This document shows, in pieces, positions 7,615-15,802 of a DNA stretch of 24,000 bases (its first letter is position 1; each line of letters starts with the position of its first letter). The stretch is taken from contig BEHD01000004.1 of assembly GCA_002898355.1 (NCBI GenBank), positions 46,540-70,539 of the forward strand, in the 5' to 3' direction. The stretch comes from an archaeon HR01. GTDB lineage: Archaea > Thermoproteota > Nitrososphaeria_A > Caldarchaeales > Caldarchaeaceae. The notes under the pieces are model-generated. The model did no database searches. It had not been told where the DNA came from and was given only the letters and a program-made list of their open reading frames with translations. The position numbers and the translations under genes are program-made.

Positions 7615-7710
7615 TTGGACCGTGTCAACATACTCTACCACCGGGCCAAAACCCTCCTAGACATGGGTGAGGAGACTAAAAGCCTCCAGGACGGGGGCAC
7701 GAAACGCTAG
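7615..7710 (+). CDS. Tiny helical ORF in the same frame directly after the TAG, with its own Shine-Dalgarno and TTG start, or the second half of the preceding gene
   Basis: LDRVNILYHRAKTLLDMGEETKSLQDGGTKR*. AGGAGG at 7600-7605. The stop codon is 3 nt before the tldD GTG start. Confidence 0.4.
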   Translation: MDRVNILYHRAKTLLDMGEETKSLQDGGTKR

Positions 7711-7713
7711 AGG

Positions 7714-9174
7714 GTGGATACTTTGGAGGATATTTTAGATTACGCAGTTGACCTAGGGAGGAAGTTAGGCGCCACATATGCGGAGGCCCGATACCAGAGA
7801 GACATAGGCTCCGAGACCCTCCTGAAGAATGGCGTCCCCGAGGTTACTGGAGAGAGTGTCAGCTCCGGCATCTCGGTGAGGGTTGTATACGATGGATGCC
7901 TGGGATTCGCATCCACAAACAAAACTTTGAGGAGGGATGTGGCGGAGGCTGTCCGGGACGCCGTGGCGATGGCGAGGTCGGCGTCGAAACATGTCAAGAA
8001 TAAGGTTGTGATGGCTGAAGCTCAGATGGCAAGGACGAGATATGAGGCACGTCCACGGGTTAGATTCGAAGCTGTAGATGTGAACTCTAGGCTAGAGCTT
8101 TTGAAGGAGGTTGACACGGCGGCTTTGGATGCGGCCTCCAAGATGGGTGTGAAGCTTCCCACACGCATGTTTGATGTGGGGAGCTGGGTGACTGAGAAAC
8201 ATATAGTCAACAGCGACGGTGGAAACCTTCGGAGCAGGGTTTTCCGTGCCACATTCAACTACACAATAACAGTCTTCAGCCAGCAACATGACACAATTCA
8301 GAGATTCGAGAACCTGGGTGAGGCGAGGGGCTGGGAGGCTGTTGAGAAGTGGAATATGCCTTCCAAAATCTATGAGGAGGTGATGGACACTTCCAGAGCG
8401 CTCACAACCGGTAAAGCACCCCCAGAAGAACCCGTCAACCTCATCCTCGGCCCCGAGATAGTGGGGCTTGTATGCCACGAGTCATGCGGCCACCCAGGCG
8501 AGGCTGATAGAATGCTGGGCCGTGAAGCCGCCCAGGCTGGTGAGACATACATCAAAAAAGAGCTATTGGGAACGGCGATAGGCTCCGAACATGTGACGGT
8601 GGTCGACGACCCATCAATACCCCACTCCTTCGGATACTATCTCTACGACGAGGAATGCGTTAAAGCCCGTGAAAGAGTTCTGATAGACAGGGGGGTTCTG
8701 AGGGAGCTACTCCACAACAGGGAGACCGCTCCGGTCTTCGGGGTGGAGAGCAACGGAGCCTCAAGAGCCAGCTACTACGACCGTGAGCCTATAGTGAGGA
8801 TGGCCAACACGTATATGAAGCCGGGTGACCACAGTTTTGAGGAGTTGCTCGAGCTGGCGGGCGAAGGCCTCTACATACGCTCCTACCAGGAATGGAACAT
8901 AGATGACCGCCGCTGGAACCAGAGGTATGTCGGCGTCGTGGCCTACAGGATTAGAAACGGCGAGCTGGCCGAGATGGTCCGGGACCCTGTGGTGGACCTT
9001 ACGACAAAGGGGCTATACTCATCCGTGATGGCTGTGGGAGAAGACCTTTCATTCTCGGCAGGATACTGCGGTAAGGGAGACCCCATGCAGGGTATACCGG
9101 TCTGGTTCGGAGGCCCCTCAATCCTCCTGGGAAATGTGAGGGTCGGGACCAGAAGGGGTGGTGGAGTTGGCTGA
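7714..9174 (+). CDS. tldD: TldD-family zinc metalloprotease
   Basis: HESCGHPGEADRMLG (HExxxH motif of TldD), ATYAEARYQ near the N-terminus, TVVDDPSIPHSFGYYLYDEEC, and a C-terminal MQGIPVWFGGPSILLGNVRVGT-like segment. Confidence 0.93.
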   Translation: MDTLEDILDYAVDLGRKLGATYAEARYQRDIGSETLLKNGVPEVTGESVSSGISVRVVYDGCLGFASTNKTLRRDVAEAVRDAVAMARSASKHVKNKVVMAEAQMARTRYEARPRVRFEAVDVNSRLELLKEVDTAALDAASKMGVKLPTRMFDVGSWVTEKHIVNSDGGNLRSRVFRATFNYTITVFSQQHDTIQRFENLGEARGWEAVEKWNMPSKIYEEVMDTSRALTTGKAPPEEPVNLILGPEIVGLVCHESCGHPGEADRMLGREAAQAGETYIKKELLGTAIGSEHVTVVDDPSIPHSFGYYLYDEECVKARERVLIDRGVLRELLHNRETAPVFGVESNGASRASYYDREPIVRMANTYMKPGDHSFEELLELAGEGLYIRSYQEWNIDDRRWNQRYVGVVAYRIRNGELAEMVRDPVVDLTTKGLYSSVMAVGEDLSFSAGYCGKGDPMQGIPVWFGGPSILLGNVRVGTRRGGGVG

Positions 9175-9547
9175 GGATGACCTGGAGCTGAGGAGGCTGC
9201 AGCTGAGACGGCTAATGAGGATGGCCCTAGCGGCTGAATCCAAGAAGCCGGCCGAGCCAGAGCGGAGGGAGCCCACCGCCGATGAGATTGTGAGGTCCAG
9301 GCTAGGTGAGAGGGGTGAGGAAGTCCTGAATGCCGCCTACGAGCAATACCCCGAGGCCACAGCCAAGATAGTGGAGCAGCTGGCCAAACTCATCAAAGAG
9401 GGGCAGATAGACACGGTCATTGACGGGTATATGCTCTACAGCCTCTTCAGAAACCTTGGCCTGCGGGTTAGGATAGAGACTAGGATAAAGTATCTTAAAA
9501 GGGGTGAGGTGAAGGATTTAAGCGAGTTCTTCAGGCAGAAGCTTTGA
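9158..9547 (+). CDS. PDCD5-like (TFAR19-family) DNA-binding protein
   Basis: LELRRLQLRRLMRMALAAESKK basic N-terminal helix, then RSRLGERGEEVLNAAYEQYPEATAKIVEQLAKLIKEGQI, matching PDCD5 architecture. The start may be TTG 9167. Confidence 0.55.
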   Translation: MVELAEDDLELRRLQLRRLMRMALAAESKKPAEPERREPTADEIVRSRLGERGEEVLNAAYEQYPEATAKIVEQLAKLIKEGQIDTVIDGYMLYSLFRNLGLRVRIETRIKYLKRGEVKDLSEFFRQKL

Positions 9548-9612
9548 AGGCTGGCGGGTGTTTCAATCCTTAAATACACTTATATCCCAGCTAAAGCCGT
9601 CTCCGATAAATC

Positions 9613-10032
9613 ATGTCTGAGCGCTATGAGATACCCGAGGACCTGCTGTACACCAAAGACCATGAATGGGTGAGGGTTGAGAAGAAATACGCTGTGGTGG
9701 GTATCACCGATTACGCCCAGAAGAAGTTGCGGGAGATTGTGTATATAGAGATGCCCAACGTCAATACGAGGGTGAGGCAGCGGGAGGTTCTAGGCACCGT
9801 AGAGTCTGTGAAAGCCACCTCGGACATCTACTCACCCGTCTCGGGTAGGATAGTGGATGTTAACTCGAAGCTGCTGGACCATCCAGAGCTCCTCAACGAC
9901 TCACCCTACAAGGATGCGTGGATAGCCAGGATAGAGCTGGCGGACCCCTCCGAGCTGGATAAGCTCATGGACGCCGACGAATACGCCAGATATATCGAGG
10001 GGTTGGAGGAGGAGATGGAGGAGGGGGAGTAG
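9613..10032 (+). CDS. gcvH: Glycine cleavage system H protein
   Basis: LLYTKDHEWVRVE, GITDYAQKKLREIVYIEMP, lipoyl-lysine motif GTVESVKATSDIYSPVSGRIVDVN, and LLNDSPYKDAWIARIEL. Confidence 0.97.
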   Translation: MSERYEIPEDLLYTKDHEWVRVEKKYAVVGITDYAQKKLREIVYIEMPNVNTRVRQREVLGTVESVKATSDIYSPVSGRIVDVNSKLLDHPELLNDSPYKDAWIARIELADPSELDKLMDADEYARYIEGLEEEMEEGE

Positions 10033-10037
10033 GGGAG

Positions 10038-10388
10038 ATGGTTCTTGTGAGGGTTCAGCGGGTCACAGGATACACAGACCCGGAGACCGCCAGACCCGGG
10101 AAGATAATCGAGATGGTGGAGGTTAGGAGAACGGGACTATCGGTGAAGACATCCGGACTCGGGGATGAGACGGTGATGGTCCAGCGTCTTCTCCAGACGG
10201 CCATGATGCAGCTCCAGTCCATGGGGCTGATGCCCATCTCCAGAGAGATGCTCTTCCCGAAGATAGTCCTATACCTGACGGAGGAGGAGTACGACCTCCT
10301 AAATGTCAAGCTGGAGGTGAACGAGGTGTACGAGGTCAGCTTCAAAGACGGCCAGATAGCTTTCAGCCGTCCAGTCGGCTTAGGATAG
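10038..10388 (+). CDS. Conserved archaeal small protein; weak resemblance to arcadin-1 (crenactin-associated) considered
   Basis: 116 aa; VQRLLQTAMMQLQSMGLMP...KIVLYLTEEEYDLLNVKLEVNEVYEV. The arcadin-1 link is from memory of the family and unverified. Confidence 0.6.
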   Translation: MVLVRVQRVTGYTDPETARPGKIIEMVEVRRTGLSVKTSGLGDETVMVQRLLQTAMMQLQSMGLMPISREMLFPKIVLYLTEEEYDLLNVKLEVNEVYEVSFKDGQIAFSRPVGLG

Positions 10389-10973
10389 CCCCAGCTCCTC
10401 GAGGGTGTGGAGAAACCTCTCAACCACCGTGAAGCCTGCCAGAACCGTCAAGACTGCCGCCGAGATGTTAAGGGCCTGCGGATAGATATACGCCGTCAAG
10501 GTGGCCACTATAACTATCAGAAGCCTCACACCCCTCTCACCCAAACCCACATCAGCCAGCCTAACACCCAGCGACTCACCCCTAGCCCTAGAATAGCTCA
10601 CCAGCATGGAGGTGGCCAGCATAAGCAGGGCCAGAAGAGGTTGGACAACCCCGGTCAGGAGATATCCAACAGCCACAAGGGTGTCGGAGACCCTGTCGGC
10701 GACGGAGTCTAGGAACGCACCAGCCCTAGACAGCCTACCCGTCCGCCTGGCCAGAGCACCGTCCAACATATCGAGAAAACCCCCGGCCATGAGGGAGGCG
10801 GCGGCAGCGAAAAGCCAGGCCCCACCCAACCAGTAGAAGAATACGGAGAGACCTGTGAGGAGGAGGCCGGCTAGGGTGAGCTGGTCCGGGGTTACGCCGC
10901 CGGCCGCCAGCCTGTCGGCTAGGGGTGTTAGGATTGTCTCCAGCCTTCCACGGGCAACCCTTCCCAGGGCCAT
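10380..10973 (-). CDS. CDP-alcohol phosphatidyltransferase family (archaetidyl-transferase type)
   Basis: Motif DGALARRTGRLSRAGAFLDSVAD matches DGxxARxxxxxxxxGxxxDxxxD; multi-TM protein. Confidence 0.93.
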   Translation of the reverse strand: MALGRVARGRLETILTPLADRLAAGGVTPDQLTLAGLLLTGLSVFFYWLGGAWLFAAAASLMAGGFLDMLDGALARRTGRLSRAGAFLDSVADRVSDTLVAVGYLLTGVVQPLLALLMLATSMLVSYSRARGESLGVRLADVGLGERGVRLLIVIVATLTAYIYPQALNISAAVLTVLAGFTVVERFLHTLEELGLS

Positions 10974-11116
10974 CGGAGGTGGGTTGGAGGCCGGCTTATT
11001 TACTGTTTAAATAGGCAGAGTCCAGCTGCTGGACTTAAGAGGGGTCGCAAAGATCTAAAACCGACAGTTTTGGTGCCCGTATCATCATCGACGGAGCATC
11101 TCACCCGCCTATATAG

Positions 11117-11208
11117 TGGGGCCGCTGGGATTTGAACCCAGGATTGCCAGCGCTCCGGCAGGCCACATCCCCAGGCTGGAGTCTTAGACCATGCTAGACC
11201 ACGGCCCC
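11117..11208 (-). tRNA. tRNA-Pro (anticodon GGG) containing a 16-nt intron at 37/38
   Basis: Exon 1 (11208-11169) GGGGCCGTGGTCTAGCATGGTCTAAGACTCCAGCCTGGGG; intron (11168-11153) ATGTGGCCTGCCGGAG; exon 2 (11152-11117) CGCTGGCAATCCTGGGTTCAAATCCCAGCGGCCCCA. Acceptor, D, anticodon (CCAGC/GCTGG) and T stems all pair. Confidence 0.92.
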
Positions 11209-11309
11209 GACGGCCTATCTGGTGGATGGCGCTCTATATATTTTGGACCGTCCCTCTTCGTGGGTAAAATCTGTACAAGATATAAATAATGCAGAGGGGC
11301 AGACCTGCC

Positions 11310-11762
11310 ATGGAGAGGAAGGCTCTAATTGTTTTGGTGGCCGCCGTGGTTGCGGCGGTGGCTGCTGGCTCTATCCTGTTATTGGGCGGGCCTGCGCTAG
11401 AGGTCCACGACGTAAGCGTTAGGGCTGGAACCGGCTCCCTCGCAGTCTTCCTAACGATTCACAACCACGGCCTCTTGGGTGACTGCCTTGTAAATGTGAA
11501 GGTCTTACACCCCGAGGGCTTGAGAGCCGAGCTTCATAGAACGGTTATGGATGCTGGAGGTGTGATGAGGATGGAGAGGGTTGACAAGATATGTGTCGGT
11601 GGGCTGGGCGAGGTGAAACTGGCAGGGCTTGAGGAGGGCGGGCTACACATAATGGTTGTGGGCGGCGACGAAGACGTTCATGAAGTCATGCTGGAGCTGG
11701 TCTTTGAGAGCGGTAGAACAATAACCGTCAAATCCGGTGTGGGCGGAGACCACAGCCACTAA
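11310..11762 (+). CDS. Membrane-anchored PCu(A)C-like copper chaperone
   Basis: N-terminal hydrophobic anchor ALIVLVAAVVAAVAAGSILLL; AVFLTIHNHG, ELHRTVMDAGGVMRMERV and GGLHIMVVG match the His/Met copper motif layout. Start ATG 11310 (MERKAL) is preferred to 11289. Confidence 0.7.
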   Translation: MERKALIVLVAAVVAAVAAGSILLLGGPALEVHDVSVRAGTGSLAVFLTIHNHGLLGDCLVNVKVLHPEGLRAELHRTVMDAGGVMRMERVDKICVGGLGEVKLAGLEEGGLHIMVVGGDEDVHEVMLELVFESGRTITVKSGVGGDHSH

Positions 11763-11844
11763 GGCTGGAACTGCTCCGGCACGGTCTTATAAGGCCGCCG
11801 GAGACGTACAAAACTAAATAAAACCTAGAACCAGCATGCTTTAG

Positions 11845-11918
11845 GCCCAGGTGGTATAGCCAGGTTAGCATCGCCGGCTGTCGCCCGGCGGACCCGGGTT
11901 CAAATCCCGGCCTGGGCG
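11845..11918 (+). tRNA. tRNA-Asp (anticodon GTC)
   Basis: GCCCAGG TG GTATAGCCAGGTTAGCATC GCCGG CTGTCGC CCGGC GGAC CCGGG TTCAAAT CCCGG CCTGGGC G; G73 discriminator fits Asp. Confidence 0.95.
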
Positions 11919-12066
11919 GAAGCCTATGCTGTGGTTCCACGCTATGAATGGTATTCTACCCCATTATTCTATCTAGCTCTAATCCTTATGTTGTGGGCAT
12001 CTAGTTCAACGACCCATTTCAGTATTAAAGAAAACTTAAATAAGATAAAAAAGTCCCTTTAATAAT

Positions 12067-14439
12067 ATGAGATATGTAGGTAATAGAATAACTAAGTTTA
12101 GTGACCCTCCTCTCCTTACTGGGCGGGCAAGATATGCGGGTGATATAACACCACCTGGAACGCTCTACGCATGTTTCGTAAGATCTAAGTATGCACACGC
12201 AAGGATAAGAGGGATAGATACGAGTAGAGCTTCTAGGGTTCCAGGTGTTAGAGCATTAATTATAGGTGATGAATTCCTCGATTACCCTATCTTCCAGCCC
12301 ATATCCACTAAACCGTATAAACCCTATGGTGCCAAGGAAGCTACTGTATACCCGCTGGTAGTGGGTAAGGTTAGGTTTGTAGGGGAGCCAATTGTGATGG
12401 TTGTAGCCGAAAGCAGAATCGCTGCGGCTGAGGCAGCCTCCCTAGTAGATGTTGATTATGACGTTCTCCCTGCTGTTGTAGACCCTGAAGAGGCTCTGAA
12501 GCCAGGCGCTCCCAAGGTATACGACCACTGGGATGGAAACTTGTTTATGAAGTTCCCGTCGGAGTGGGGTGACGTTGACGCTGCTTTCGGTAAAGCTGAA
12601 TACACATTGTCTGATAGCGTTAGGATACAGCGCTTCACTGGCCAGGCATTAGAACCCCGAGCTTACGTAGCAGACTATAACACTATAGAAAACCACTTGA
12701 CCTTCTACTCGTCTACTCAACAGCCCCATCCACTTAGGACTATACTCGCAGAGACCCTTAAGATACCTGAGAACCAAGTGCGGGTTGTCCAGCCATATGT
12801 TGGTGGCGGGTTTGGTCTTAAAATACCTCCATTCCAAGAGGAGATAGCTGTAGCTGTAGCTTCTGTTAAGCTTGGACGCCCGGTTAAGTGGGTTGCAGAG
12901 AGGTGGGAAGAGTTAATGGCTGGGGGGCACGCTCGTGATCAGAGACACTATTTTGAAGTGGCATTCAACAGTGATGGAAAGATACTCGGGATGAAGGTCA
13001 GGATAATAGCTGATATGGGTGCTCTCTTCCCAACCCCCGGATGGGGTATGCCTTTAGTAACTACAATTCATCTCCCAACTGTCTATAAAGTGGAGAATTA
13101 TAGAATAGAGCTACTGGAGATTGTTACTAATAAGAATCCGCTTAATGCATATAGAGGATATGGGAAGGAGTGTGCATGCTTCCTGATGGAGAGGATAATG
13201 GACATGGTCGCTAGGAGACTTGGAAAAGATAGGATAGATATTAGGATGAAGAACTTCATCCCTCCCAATGATTTTCCAGCAAGGATATCTAGATACACAG
13301 TCCTAGATAGCGGTAATTATCCAACAGTCTTGAAGAGAGCGGTAGAGGTATTCGAGTATGAGAAATGGCTTAAGTTAAAGGAAGAGGCTAGGAAGAAGGG
13401 CCGCTATATAGGAATAGGGGTAGCGTACGAGCTGACACCGGAGGGCGCATGTATACCTGGCTCATTCTTCCTCCAATACGATGCAGTAACAATAAAAGTT
13501 GCTCCAACTGGTAAGGTTTTAGTATATACTGGTATAACATCGCCTGGGAATGGGCAGGAGACCGCTATAGCCCAGATAGTGGCTGATAACCTGGGAGTAA
13601 GCATAGACGATGTTGTTGTTTATCAGGGCGATACAGACCTATGCCCATACGGCTTAGGAAATTTTAGTGGGAGAAGCATGATATCAGGCGGTTCGGCGGC
13701 TCTACTTGCATCTATAGAATTGCGAGAGAAGCTTCGGAAAGTCGCTGCAAGGATTCTAGAGTCCCGGCCAGAGGATTTGGAGGTATCTGACGGGAAATTC
13801 TATGTTAAAGAGGTGCCTGAAAGACAGGTAACTATAAGAGACGCAGCCTTCGCTATCTATAAGAACCCTTACGACCTAGCCATAGATGTAGAGCCGGGGC
13901 TGGAAATAACTAAATACTTTAAAATGCCTAACGCGCTCCACATACCTGATGAATCAGGATATACACGAACATATACTAGCTTCCCAAACGCAGCCCATCT
14001 CTGCGCAGTAGAGGTCGATATAGAGACAGGAAAGTTTGACATCCTCAAATACGTAGTGGTTGATGATTGTGGGAAAGTTATTAACCCTATGATAGTTGAA
14101 GGACAGCTCCACGGTGGTGTAGCGCAGGGGATAGGAGGAGCGATAATGGAAGAGCTTGTCTATTCTAGCGCGGGCCAGCTGCTTACCACTACATTTATGG
14201 ATTATCCAATCCCTACAGCGAAAGAGGTTCCAGACATGATTATCGAGCATGTCGAGACACCAAGTCCATATACACCAACGGGAGCTAAAGGTGTTGGAGA
14301 GTCAGGGATAGTAGGAGCGCCCGCATGTCTAGCTAGTGCTGTAGAGGATGCGTTAAGCGACTTTGGGGTAAAGGTTATGGAGACACCGCTACGCCCAAGC
14401 CGCGTATGGCGGTTAATACAGGAGGCGAGAAAGAAGTGA
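12067..14439 (+). CDS. Xanthine dehydrogenase/CO-dehydrogenase-family molybdopterin-binding large subunit (substrate unknown)
   Basis: 790 aa; GRARYAGDI..PGTLYACFVRSKYAHARI, VGGGFGLKI, NAYRGYGKECACFLMERIMD, and C-terminal GAKGVGESGIVGAP with the catalytic-type Glu. It lacks the form I CoxL AYxCSFR signature. Confidence 0.95.
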   Translation: MRYVGNRITKFSDPPLLTGRARYAGDITPPGTLYACFVRSKYAHARIRGIDTSRASRVPGVRALIIGDEFLDYPIFQPISTKPYKPYGAKEATVYPLVVGKVRFVGEPIVMVVAESRIAAAEAASLVDVDYDVLPAVVDPEEALKPGAPKVYDHWDGNLFMKFPSEWGDVDAAFGKAEYTLSDSVRIQRFTGQALEPRAYVADYNTIENHLTFYSSTQQPHPLRTILAETLKIPENQVRVVQPYVGGGFGLKIPPFQEEIAVAVASVKLGRPVKWVAERWEELMAGGHARDQRHYFEVAFNSDGKILGMKVRIIADMGALFPTPGWGMPLVTTIHLPTVYKVENYRIELLEIVTNKNPLNAYRGYGKECACFLMERIMDMVARRLGKDRIDIRMKNFIPPNDFPARISRYTVLDSGNYPTVLKRAVEVFEYEKWLKLKEEARKKGRYIGIGVAYELTPEGACIPGSFFLQYDAVTIKVAPTGKVLVYTGITSPGNGQETAIAQIVADNLGVSIDDVVVYQGDTDLCPYGLGNFSGRSMISGGSAALLASIELREKLRKVAARILESRPEDLEVSDGKFYVKEVPERQVTIRDAAFAIYKNPYDLAIDVEPGLEITKYFKMPNALHIPDESGYTRTYTSFPNAAHLCAVEVDIETGKFDILKYVVVDDCGKVINPMIVEGQLHGGVAQGIGGAIMEELVYSSAGQLLTTTFMDYPIPTAKEVPDMIIEHVETPSPYTPTGAKGVGESGIVGAPACLASAVEDALSDFGVKVMETPLRPSRVWRLIQEARKK

Positions 14440-15311
14440 TCCATCAACCATTTGAATACTTTGCCCCCAAAACCATAAACGAAGCACTCAAACTCCTAAA
14501 CAAGTATAGAGAAGACGCTAAGATATTGGCCGGGGGGCAAAGCCTAGTCCCCATGATGAACTTAGGCATAGTCTCACCGAAATATGTAATAGACATAAAC
14601 AACATAGGAAAACTGTCAGAGATCAGAGAAAACAAAAACCAGATAACGATAGCTCCATTAGTTAGGCACTATGAAATAGCTGAGTCGAAAATAATTAAAC
14701 GAGCCATACCCATGTTATCAGAGGCAGCCAGCCATATAGGCGATATGCATATAAGACATAGGGGGACCATAGGGGGAGCTATATGTCATGCAGACCCCGC
14801 AGCCGACTACGCGCCAGTGCTCGCAGCGCTAGATGCTAAGCTGGAGATACAAAGCGTTAAGAGGAGGAGGATAGTGTCTGCTAGGAACTTCTTTAAGGAT
14901 GCATTTACCACGGAGCTAAAGCCGAACGAGCTACTCAAGGCTATACACATACAAAAGGTTGGACAAAGAACAGGAACAGCCTATCAGAAGCTAGAATTTG
15001 TAAGCGGGGGTTATGCAGTGGTTGGTGTGGCAGCTTTAGTAGCACTGGATGGAGAGGGTCTGATAGAAAAGCTGGTAGTGTCGGTGGGAGGTGTAGAGAG
15101 GCGACCTATAACTATAGTTTTCAACGGGGATGTGCTAGGAAGAAAGATAGAAAACGCAACGATAGAGGAGATATGCGGCGCTGTAAAGGATAAGATATCT
15201 GAGCCGCTCTCCGATATACACGCTGACGGCGAATATAGGAGATCTATGGCGGCTGTATATACCAAGAGAGCTGTGTTGAAGGCCGCCAACCGTGCTTTAG
15301 GAGGTGAATAG
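14436..15311 (+). CDS. FAD-binding medium subunit of the molybdopterin hydroxylase
   Basis: IHQPFEYFAPKTINEALKLL, ILAGGQSLVPMMNLGIV and TIGGAICHADPAADYAPVLAAL are FAD_binding_5/CoxM-type motifs. GTG 14436 overlaps the upstream TGA. Confidence 0.95.
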   Translation: MIHQPFEYFAPKTINEALKLLNKYREDAKILAGGQSLVPMMNLGIVSPKYVIDINNIGKLSEIRENKNQITIAPLVRHYEIAESKIIKRAIPMLSEAASHIGDMHIRHRGTIGGAICHADPAADYAPVLAALDAKLEIQSVKRRRIVSARNFFKDAFTTELKPNELLKAIHIQKVGQRTGTAYQKLEFVSGGYAVVGVAALVALDGEGLIEKLVVSVGGVERRPITIVFNGDVLGRKIENATIEEICGAVKDKISEPLSDIHADGEYRRSMAAVYTKRAVLKAANRALGGE

Positions 15312-15313
15312 GG

Positions 15314-15796
15314 ATGGTTAACAAGGTAAAGGTGAACCTGAAGCTAAATGGGGAGAGATTTTCAGCGGAGATAGACCCTAGAATGCTACTATGCGACTTT
15401 ATAAGAGATGTAGCAGGTTTGACTGGGACGCATATAGGGTGCATGACAGGGAATTGCGGCGCATGCACAGTCTTGATGAATGGAAGGACAGTCAAGTCCT
15501 GCACTATACTAGCTGCGCAAGCAAACGGCTCAGATATAACAACGATTGAGGGTCTAAGCAAGGGGCTTGAACTCAATCCTATACAGCGTGCATTCCATAA
15601 ACGCTACGCTGTCCAGTGCGGCTACTGCACCCCAGGCATGATAATAACAGCCCACTATCTACTATCTCTGGGAAAGACGTTAAGCAGACAAGAGATAAGA
15701 GAACATATATCCGGAAACCTGTGTCGCTGCACCGGCTACCAGAATATAATAGATGCTATAGAGGAGTTGTTAAGGGATAAGGGGCTCTTGAGGTAA
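15314..15796 (+). CDS. 2Fe-2S small subunit of the molybdopterin hydroxylase
   Basis: GCMTGNCGACTVLMNGRTVKSC and QCGYCTPGMIITAHYLL...ISGNLCRCTGYQNIIDAI, giving two [2Fe-2S] motif sets. Confidence 0.97.
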   Translation: MVNKVKVNLKLNGERFSAEIDPRMLLCDFIRDVAGLTGTHIGCMTGNCGACTVLMNGRTVKSCTILAAQANGSDITTIEGLSKGLELNPIQRAFHKRYAVQCGYCTPGMIITAHYLLSLGKTLSRQEIREHISGNLCRCTGYQNIIDAIEELLRDKGLLR

Positions 15797-15802
15797 GGCT
15801 AT

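Noticed and set aside
12067-14439. Annotation as aerobic carbon monoxide dehydrogenase large subunit (coxL)
   Set aside because: The form I signature AYxCSFR is absent (AYRGYGK here), so the CO-oxidising function is not supported.
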